From positions 2,790,001-2,854,000 of the forward strand of contig OZ037772.1 of assembly GCA_964035545.1 (NCBI GenBank): a DNA stretch of 64,000 nucleotides, read 5' to 3'. Origin of the DNA: Bugula neritina. Taxonomy: Eukaryota > Animalia > Bryozoa. The notes below the pieces were generated by a model. The model was not told the DNA's origin. It searched no databases and worked only from the letters and a program-made list of their open reading frames with translations. Both the position numbers and the translations under genes were made by a program. Below are positions 54,001-64,000 of the stretch, one piece after another; position 1 is the first letter of the stretch, and each line of letters opens with the position of its first letter.

Positions 54001-57000
54001 AATACTTAGTACCAAAACAAAAAATACAACCTAACTGGGGAGCATATAAGTGGAATGAAACTCCTTCAGCCTACTAGCTGTTTATGATTTCGAACTTTTT
54101 TTGAACCCAAGACATTTTCAATTAGCTTGTTACCAGACTACTATTAAACATTGCCCCACTCCACAAGACTTAAGTTGAATTTATCAACAAAAAATTTCAA
54201 CTGCACATATCTCTTGCATGGGTAGTTTAGGCTTCACTAGTCAATTTCATTCATGGAAAGGAAAGCCAACTAATTTAAAATGTGTGTAAAAGAGAGATCA
54301 GGGAGATGCACCATTAAACTCCAATGTACTCAGTTATCAGCAAATGTGTTTCAAACAAGAAGTTTAAAATTAACAATGAAACAAGCTACTGAATAGTCAA
54401 TTGTGGATCAGGTGAACCACTTCAAAAGCCTTGTGTAAACTTGTGTAAACTACCTGGTGGAACAAAAGAAGATGTTGCATAACAGAGCTATAGTAAGGAA
54501 ATATTTAAATTGTAATTCAAAGGCAAGAAACTGGCTTACCAAGCATCGGAAGAGCAAAACAAAGGTTATTACATAACAGCACATAGTTTTCATTCATGGC
54601 TATTGACAGAAGAAATATTCTGCTGGCATAGTGAACACCAGAGGCTCAGACTAAGAGGTTGTGCTTTGAGATTCAGTGAATTTGTGTTTCCAAACAACCT
54701 CACAACATGGAAAACGTTGAATCATTTCATCACATGGGTAAAGATTGCAGCTACCTCTCAGAGATAGAAGATGATCACTTTCTTTCAGAGTTAGGAACTG
54801 AAGTTGTCATTGCAGCAAAAGGTAAGTTCAATCATTTGCTTAACGTTGTCATTTTATATCACAATGACAGTATGACTATTGCTGTAGACAGATAAATAAA
54901 TTTGTGCAACTATAACTTTTAAAAGACCACATTGACGGATATTTCCCAAACTAATCTATTCCTATATCAATTTGATACGAGTTTTCCTGTAACAATCTAT
55001 TTTCAAAAAATTTAGCGTTTTATTCCCACTTCACCTTCTAGCAATTTGTGCTAAATTCATTAATTTGAATCCCCCCCCCCCATTGTAGAAGTATTGTTAA
55101 TAATGCAGTTTAGCAGCCTACAAGTGGTTATTAGCCTTAAACAGCTGCCAAGCTAGCTTCTTGTTTTATAGCTAAGTACCAAAATGCCAATATTAGCGGT
55201 GAGTTGGCAAAGTTGGCAAAATTTTTTATTAACTTCCGTGCTACCAGTTTATTCTTTTATTTATCTTTGCGCAGCACAATTAAATATAAAAACATGTTTA
55301 AGTAGCAATATTTTTCTTGGTAGTACTTTATTTGTTTTTCAATTTATAGACATACTGAAACTTATCAATATCTGTTATCTCGATATGAGGGGTTTATATA
55401 AAAGGCTGACTCTAGCTTAAATTGTGGTTCACTGACATTTTGAGATAATTTTAATGCAGAGAAGCTTCTATTAACTAAACTAATTATGCCCAACAGCTCT
55501 TGCATTTGTAATTAAGAAAGAAGTAAAATAAAATGATGGCCAAAATTGTTAGTAAATTTTGATAAGCTCAAACTAACCCAAACACTACGCAACATAATGA
55601 TCATAAGTTTGCCAAAGCCTGTATGGTTATTCAGAGTCAAACAATTGACATGGTGGCGCTGAAAATATGCTGAAAGATTCATAGCTAACATCATTGATAC
55701 TATTAGTTTTGGCCTTAGACTTCAGCTTCTTCAAAGTTGAACTTAATTTATTTACGCTGCTTGTGATTGTATATCTTAACCAAATGTATACTGCTCATAC
55801 TAATACAGTTTAAATATTACTCAACTTTTATCTTTTGTTGTAGATCCCATAACATTTTTTAAGAATGCTGAATAGGAGCACAAAAAAGAATTTGACCGCT
55901 ACAAAACTTTGAATCATGCTGAGACCTTCAGCCTGCAAGCAGGCGCACTTGCCACTACATTACAAGCGTCACTGGGTGCTCTCGACACTACACCTCACCC
56001 ACTTCTCAAGAACTCAGCTGCTCTTTTTATACTACTCCTTCAGGCTTCCCTGACCACTCAACTCCTCTTTGAGTACTACCACACTTTACTGACCACTGGA
56101 ATTAGTTATAAAACTTCTCCCTCCCCCCTCCCGTACTGGAGTTCCTATCACAGACCTCGGACTTGCACACACCACAACTGCTTGGTTATCGCTACACTAC
56201 AGAGCAAGAATGTAATGACACACACTATGGTCTTAGCAGGTTCTGCTAATATTGAGAAAAGTTAACTGAATTTACAGTCGTAGAAAAATTCTGCAAATGT
56301 TTATTTTCATGTTTTTTTTCTTATTTTAATTTTTAGAAGTTATTTTTTGTTGCATTTCTTATATTCAACTATCATATACAATAAAATCCACATTACTATA
56401 CTCTCATACTGGTTAGAAGTTATGACAAGTTAGTTCAGAGTGATCAGTAATAATTTTTGCAGAAGCTTATTTCCAACAAAAATTAGAGCAGCATGGAACA
56501 TTTATAAGTTCAGCTTTGAATATAACCTAGTTCAGCATTGAGCATATCTAAGATCATCATTGAACAGAAATAAGATCACCATTAAACATATATAATATCA
56601 CTATTGAGCATAAATAAGATCACTATTAAACATATATAATATCACTATTGAGCATAAATAAGATCACTATTAAACATATATAATATCACTATTGAGCATA
56701 AATAAGATCACCATTGAACATAACTTGGCTCATTGTGATAAATACAAAGAATCAACTTCACAACTCTTTATATCAACATTGATCTAACATACTATTCACT
56801 GTGAACAGTACCTGACACTAATTTCTATTCACTGCTGGTCAATTTAGGGATCCAAAAAACGAGCTGTTTTAGTTGTCAGCTAATGTTCACTCTAACACTA
56901 ATATTTCTCTCTGTGTACATGTGCATGTAACTTGCAAAAGCTCAAAAGCCTTCAACAAACTGCTTGAAATTTTTTAATCGAAATCCCAGCTCCCCTTAAA

Positions 57001-60000
57001 AAACCCAAATTCTCTCCTATAGGGGGATTCTCTCAGGTTGGGAATCACTGTGTTGAATTGACTTGTGTTTCTTATCTTCTTTCCTGTGATTATAAACATG
57101 TATGATGTTGTCATGACAACACAGTTGCAGTGGCACAAAGTACAGTTTACTAGTATGTAGTGATTGTGTAGTGAGAGTGGAGTGTCTGGTTATTGTCCAT
57201 GGTTATGTGTAATCTGTAAGGAGTAGAATTATATTATTTTAATATAATGTTGAGAGAGGTACTTTTATAATGGCAGTTTGCTCAATAGCTTTAGTTCTAA
57301 TGCGATAGACTCATAGCTCTAGAGTCTAGCAGCTGCTACTGTTACCACTAGCTGTTCAGAATTCGCCCAACATCCGGGCTGCCAAAGCATAATAGCCATT
57401 GGCAAGGCCAAGCAGTCACTGGGAAATTATTTGACTAAAGAGCAGGTCTTATGACAATTTGTAGCTAGTCAGTCCCTTAGACAGGAAACAGTGATTCTGT
57501 GACCTATTTAGTTAAATCCATTGCTGAACTTTTGATTGACTATTAGATAGCCACCACAATTGTATTTGGTACAATATAATATTATGGGGTGTCAATCAGT
57601 GTCTAATATAATCTGTGAATTGAGTGTCTCCTTTAGCTTTGATGAGCTGATTACTTCTTCTACCACCAGTCAGTTGTATCAAGTGTTACTTTGTATTGAG
57701 TGAATAGTGCTGAGGATTTGGGCCTATATTATGCCAACCCCCCCTCCGACTTAGACTGTGACCCAACCTGCTGCACATACATAGCAGTACTACACTGAAG
57801 ATAGTTAACATGTGTATGTGTCATCCTACTAGTAATGGATTACTAAGTACAAGTTATCCTATGACTCACTCTTCTTATGCTAGCTGCACGAGATAGACAA
57901 CTCACACGTGACACGCACTCACAGTGCACTAGCTCTTGACACATTGCCAAGGATGATGAAATGACAGTTTCGCGCCACTCCTACCAGTTAGAGTGGCAGG
58001 GTATAGTGTTAGGCATGTGACTCGAAGAAACTGATTAATGAGAAGCTAGTATCTCACTATAAATGGAAACTGTTTTGCAGTGACTCTCTCTTAGATTACT
58101 GTGGTACTATAATGTATGGTTCTGATATTATACTTTTGTTCTTTATACTTTCCAACTAAAAGTAAAGAGCTAGGTTTGAGCTCCATGATTGGCAAACCAT
58201 TAATACATGTTGACTGACCGAACACTCTCCCACCTCTCTCTCTCACAATAACAAGGAGGTTATGTTGTAGTATTGGCTCCACAGAATTCACACCTCAGTA
58301 ATTAGTTGCATTGCACAAAGCTGCAACAATAGTGAATAATTATTGACAATATGGCCTCCACTCAGTAGTTGACTAGTAATTTGTCTATCATTTTACAATA
58401 CAAGTTACAGTTGAGTCTATTTGTTGAGTAGCAGTTCTTTGTCATGAGTGACTATTTTCCAGCACATTAAGTACATAATATAGTCAAGTGTGTTTATGTG
58501 GTAGCCTGTGGTCTATATAATGAATGTGTGTTGATGAGTGATGAGTATTAATTTGACTATTTGCCAAGGACCTAGCTGTGTGTGTGGATGGAGTATTTCA
58601 TTACTTGAGATATACTAAACACAGCTAACACAGATAACATACTGATTGCTATATATTGTAGGAAAGATCACTATGACATAACAGATCCCACAACACTACC
58701 AGTAGCTCAGCATGGAGACCCCTTAGAATACAAGTCTCCACCCAAACCTGCACCCATTCCCTGTGATGTGTGTAAAGGTGGAACACAAGCTGCTGTGTTC
58801 TGCCTTGAGAGTCAAAAGAAATTATGTCAGCAGCATCAAGAAGTGAGTCTTTCTTATATAATTTCTCAAGATTAGTTACTAAACCAGTTCTGGATTGTGT
58901 GTAGAATATTATTGAAAAGAAATGTTGAGTCTGTGTGACTTTTTATACTAAACACACAGTTTCACAGTGCAGTGAGTCAGCTATGACAGACTTGTTGGTG
59001 AAAATACAACCAACTAAACTGTTGACCTTTATTATACAGAATCACAGAGAGCTGATGGGAGATAGACATCAGTTTATTGACATTGAGGTCTACAGAGCTT
59101 CTCCCCAAAGATATACTATAGCTGAATGTGAACATCATAAAGAGGAACAGCTGACAGAAGTGTGTTCCAAGTGTCACCAGATATTCTGTATGAGATGTGA
59201 TATGAAGACTGGCTGTAAGGATAAGACAGGTATTTACTTGCTGTTTCTATTTCTGTAGGAAGAAACTGAGAAATGTTACAAGAACCTGTTATTTATTATT
59301 TTATTATTAAAGTGAGTTATGTAACAGTAAAAGAGGAAGTAAGTTTGTCAGCATTAAGGTTTGTGTGAGACAGAAGTGGATAGTGCAGGAGTTTATAATC
59401 TCACTGTTATGTTGAATATTTAGTATATTTCATCCTTCAAGTGTCTGTTCCCTTGATAAGATGGTATAGGCATAGCTTTAACTCATGCAGTGGTGTCCCA
59501 ATTTTTTCATACCATTCCTTTTTTACAAATATTTTTTATTGAGTTTCCCCTTCTGAAAAATTGCAATTTATATTTGTAAAGAAAATCTTGGACAGATTTT
59601 TTTCCTAATAATTTATTGAGTGTAGCAAAAGGCCAGTGTGTTTGACATGGACCAGTGTCTGCCACAACTTGAGTTTTATTATAGTTATACATATACATGT
59701 AACCTGGAAAACAAGGCAAAAGCTCAAAGAGCTGGTAATTTGTGTGAAATTTATAGAAATGAAACCCCTAAAAACTCAAATTTCCTGCAAGGGGAATTCC
59801 CCCAAGGTTGGGAGCCACTGCTTTAACTTTTTCAATTATATTTTTTCAAATGCAGTGAATAATGAGATAACCATGTGACATCTTTCTAGAATGTTTCTTT
59901 GTATGAATCACTGCTGGAGAAGGTTGAGCTACAATCAACTCAGATAGCAATACTTGAGACAGAGTCCAACTGTTTAGTAATCACATAGTATGTGTATAGT

Positions 60001-63000
60001 GATACATCACCAACCTGTAGTTACAGGTAGTAGGTGTAGAATAAGTACAATGTCATATCTAAAAATGCTTTTATAAATAGTGTGATTTTATGTATACAGA
60101 GGAGACAGTAGCATCCCATGACTTGGCATCTTTGAGTGATTTGTCTTGTGAGTTACGAGAAAGTCTGACTGGTGGAATAGAGACTCTGTCTGAGAAAGTT
60201 GCAGAGTTGAATGACATCTCAAAGGATGCCTGGAAAGAACTGAGTAAAATAGAAGATGAAGTGAAGAAGATGGTTGCTAGAGTAAACGCTGTAGCCGACG
60301 CTCAGGTATGCTGACATGGCGATGTCATCTAATGTATTTCTGTTTGGCTGAAATTGGGTTTTGCATTTGGTCTTTGAGTTGTAAATAGAAATGAATTTCA
60401 TTTGCCACTAGAATTAACTGACCATTAGGGCATTATCATTCTGTGTACAAGTAGCAGTAGTCATTCATCACATGTTACTCAGTGCAGAGGAACCTGTCAA
60501 TACAGATGACTCACTCATCCTTCTGCAACTGTCAATCACTCACACAGGGAGGTTGGCTAGGCGAGTGATTGACAGGTGTCAGGAGGAGACTAGTCACGTG
60601 ATGAACTAGCTCTCTGCTGTGTATAGAGTGTCACGTGACTGAGTCATTGTCCACTCAGTGGGTGATCTGTTATTTTCATTTCAAGTGTAGAGGTTGTGAG
60701 GTGCAGATGTGGTTACACTGTGTTACTATTTATTAGATAGAAAAGATTAGAAAGAGAGCTACAAACCTGAGGCTAGAAATATATGGATATTTGAAGAGCT
60801 GCACACAGATAGTGGATAATTATAGAATAGAGCTGGCCTTGAGTAAGACAATGGGCAGACAGTCTCTGCTGGACACAGTACAACATGCAGTTGATAAGTT
60901 CAATGATGCAGGGATTGTGAGAGACTACAGAGAGACGAGTGAGAAGATAGAAAAGGCTACAGATATTGGTGTAATAGAGAAGTGTGTACTTCCAGACAGC
61001 ATCTTGGTACCAACATGTAGGTGGAGTCTATAAATAGTAACACTAACTATAAATAACTTTCTGCTTGTAATCAGTTGAATTGTTTTCACTGAATATTTAA
61101 TAGTAGAATGAGTAGATAGAGTTTATTTATCAGAGAATTGAGTTTTGTTCTACTCTCATATTATGAGACATTTCTGCAGTTTTTCAGAGTTTATGATGTA
61201 TAAGTGAGCTGCTAAACTGTGTCATGCTGACTACCTGCTGTCAGTATTAACAAGATATTCTCACTTAGACCTGTGCATCACGTAGCAAGTTATAGAATTG
61301 TTATTTTGTTGTTGCAGACAGTGAAGACAGTCTGGGACTGAAGCTGCTGCAACCACCAGCTTCTCTACAGTCTGATGGACTTCCTGTACGTGACTTGTGT
61401 TTCTCAGTAAACATCTTAGCTGATGGACATCTGATGTGTCGGACACCAGAAGGTGTAGAAGTAAGAAATAGAGACACTCTGGATACTATCAGCTCAGTGA
61501 AACACACCAACACTACACGGTGGAGGGAGATAATCCAACCTGAAGGGGTGATGGTTGGCAGCTGGTATAATGAAGAGGAGGACACAGTTGAAGTCTCACT
61601 TCTTGATCCGAACTCCTTTGAGAAGACTCGCTCTCTTTTCAAGCAGTCAGTAGATAAACCCACTTACTATAGTATAGCTCAACACCTCTTTCTAGTTTAT
61701 ATTGTAGACTGGAGAGAGAAACAGCTGGTAGTCTGTAACCTAGTTGACAATAAAATACAGAAGTTCCCACTTCCTGAGATAAAGTTCCCTCACTCTGTAT
61801 GCATCCTCCCAGACTCAACTCTCCTCATAGGAGACTTCACTGCAGATGGTGCTGTGAGAAGATATAAAGTGGAGAACACAACTCTCATTATGATGTGGGA
61901 GTTTCCTCACATCTCAGGACCATCTGCTATTTCCTTTGATCCAACATCTGAACTAATTCACATCTGTACAGGGAGAGGACCTCTCCTCATTCTCTCACTT
62001 GAAGGTAAATACTCTGTTTTTTTATAGTAAGTTTAGTTATTTTATATATAATTATGTTGTAGTAAATAATGTATTTTAATAATTGACAGTAAACAACTTC
62101 CACTCATAAGATATATTATGATATTGTTAGTATTTATCAAGTCACTGATGTTATTTTCAGCTAAAAGTCATGTAATAAAGAGTGTAACATGCTGATAGTA
62201 GATGTTATATTCTTCATCACATGACTTGTAGCTAATAATAATATTAGTGAATAATACTGCCTCCCTGCAATAAGTTTATTTCCAGCTGCAGTAACATGCA
62301 GGATGTAAGCACAGGTAAAAGTGTATATTATATTGTATAGGTTTAAGGTGTACTCTGTGTAGTGTGCAGTGAGCTCTTAGTAAACTCTCTATTCAGTCTT
62401 CCTTTCCAAGAGTTCACCTGGTAGTGTAGAGGATAGGGACTCCACACTGCTAAGTGAGTTGGTGCTGCAAGGGGTTCAAACCCACCTATCAGCATGTCTA
62501 GTTAGTATACTATGCAAGTGTTTTGCAGTAATTTTAGAGGTGCTCAGTCTAACAACTGTACAGACTGCCAGCTACGCATGAGTTATGAGTTGTAGTTTGA
62601 CTTCAGTCTAGTGCTGCTATTGTTTTGGTCATCAGACAATTTAAATATAAATAATTTGATACTTTTTGACTGCCATTACTGAGACTATGTAATTTGATGA
62701 TGGCTGGTAGAGAAGTGTTTGCTGGTGGGACTCAGGTGGCTGCGGTTGGTTCTTGTCAAGTATTTTATATGTGATAATGTTGGAGTAGCTGCAGTGGTAT
62801 TAGAAGTAGACATGTGGGTGTGTTCTTGCTCAGAGCCACAGGCTAAGTTTGTTGGCCAAGGTCAATATTGTTGTATAATGAGACACTATTTTCTATTTGA
62901 GTATTTACTTCATGCATGTAACCTGCTTAGTTCCATCTTTAAAGGCAGTCTGTCTGTTTCTCTCAATACACACCAACTGATACAATATAATGCTAATATT

Positions 63001-63139
63001 TACAGGTCAACTGGTGCTTACTGTTCCCAGAGAAAATCTTGGTGCAAGTGGCTGGGTGGTAGACATTGCTGTGTATAACAGAGACACAGTGTTTCTAGCA
63101 TGTGAAGATGGACTGAGGAGATACACAATAAAATACTAA
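48070..63139 (+). CDS. Complete TRIM E3 ligase, RING-Bbox1-Bbox2-coiled coil-NHL-like propeller, 619 aa (exons 48070-48251, 58662-58842, 59040-59229, 60100-60305, 60737-61016, 61318-62004, 63006-63139)
   Basis: RING CGYC..PRTLPCLHVYCMRC..CAYC; B-boxes CDVC..FCLES..LCQQH and CEHH..CSKC..FCMRC. All GT-AG phases agree, giving 1860 nt with no internal stop. Confidence 0.88.
48732..51985. mobile_element. Nested non-autonomous TIR element with TGT...ACA ends
   Basis: TGTGACCCATCACGAATAACCGGGAAC vs GTTCCCTGTTTTGTGATGGGAGGTCACA; TATA on both flanks. Confidence 0.6.
56550..56720. repeat. ~22-bp minisatellite (alternating variants)
   Basis: TAAGATCACTATTAAACATATA / TAATATCACTATTGAGCATAAA. Confidence 0.85.
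59488..59820. mobile_element. hAT-like MITE related to the 48559-57050 element
   Basis: CAGTGGTGTCCCAA...GGTTGGGAGCCACTG; CTTTAACT near both ends; shared subterminal GGGGAATTC. Confidence 0.55.
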
Positions 63140-63795
63140 ATTTATCAGCTACAGTTTACTAATAATCAGCTCAGTGAGGTCCTGAGAGATGAATTGGATA
63201 ATATTTGTCATCAACATAATTATTTCATCACAATTCATCAATACACACACTCTGTAATTATAGTTAGATATGAGATGTTTTACTGTATCAAATATGTGTT
63301 GCTATTTTACCATCTAATAAAGTTTATTTGTTAGTGAAAACATAGTCTGTTTTCATGCCTCATTAGCTTTAGTTCAAGTTGAGTTCGGTTAGTAACAATA
63401 ATCTTTACTGGAGCAGTAACTGTAAATGACTTGTTAGTGAGAGAATTTATACACTGAATTGACATGCAGGTGCAAGTAACTCCAACATGACTAAGTAAAT
63501 TTATTCCAACCACACATGATACCTAATATGCATTCCACTGCTGTGTATACAACAGTATTGAGTAGCCAATCAAATTGTTTCTTGTCATGCTATCAGGGAT
63601 CTGATAAATAATATATAAGGCAATCAACTAGATATAAACACTGTTTTACTCTACACATGAGCTGTCTGTGATGCAGCTGCTTTGTGAAATGTGTGTAATT
63701 TGATGAGTTTAGTTCAGTCGGTTGCAGTTTAATTATGACATATTCCCCATTCACCTGGGAGAAATCCCATGAGGTATAATAGAGGACAACTCCTA
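60756..63795 (+). repeat. Segmental duplication, copy B (pairs with 1-3119)
   Basis: Collinear with 1-3119; lacks ~95 bp present in the copy A intron (~532-627). Confidence 0.95.
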
Positions 63796-64000
63796 AGCAT
63801 GTCTGAAGGCATCCTTTTAGTGAACAATATATTGCAATGCTACCATCTGATTGGACAATTATGTCCTCATAAAACATAAGCTTAGAGCTCTTGAGTAAAT
63901 TGCAACTAGTTGCCAAATGGTGATGGTAACATTTACATGTAAACTCAACTCTTTCAGGTATAGGTATTATAGTAGGGAGTTTTACTGATGGGTTTGTATT

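Larger units (their letters stand above)
48559..57050. mobile_element. Old hAT-like TIR element filling most of the first coding intron of TRIM paralog 2
   Basis: TIR CAGTGATTCCCAACCT / AGGTTGGGAATCACTG; flanks TGTTAGAG and TGTTGAAT (degenerate TSD). No intact transposase. Confidence 0.55.

Overview
AT-rich, intron-containing invertebrate animal DNA. The window is bracketed by two tandem paralogs (offset 60,755 bp) of a RING/B-box/coiled-coil TRIM gene with a C-terminal NHL-like beta-propeller: a 3' part at 1-2481 and a complete 7-exon, 619-aa copy at 48070-63139. Their propeller exons differ mostly by replacement changes clustered in loops. Between them are two head-to-head trains of decayed, intron-retaining gene fragments. 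The minus strand carries ATAT1 (5' part), VARS1 (middle) and an inverted TRIM last exon. The plus strand carries an NRF-6-like N-terminal domain and a fibrillar collagen 3' end. Two young full-length Ty3/Gypsy elements sit side by side in the middle. One is Mag-like (22648-27390, identical LTRs). The other (28108-35543) is the most unusual object. Where env would be, it carries a third ORF shaped like a transcription factor (acidic region, two C2H2-type zinc fingers, basic patch, coiled coil). It also has a perfect palindrome in its LTR, an apparently decayed Gag zinc knuckle and a possible intron joining pol to ORF3. SINEs, TIR transposon derivatives and many minisatellites fill the rest. All calls were made by eye; no searches were run.
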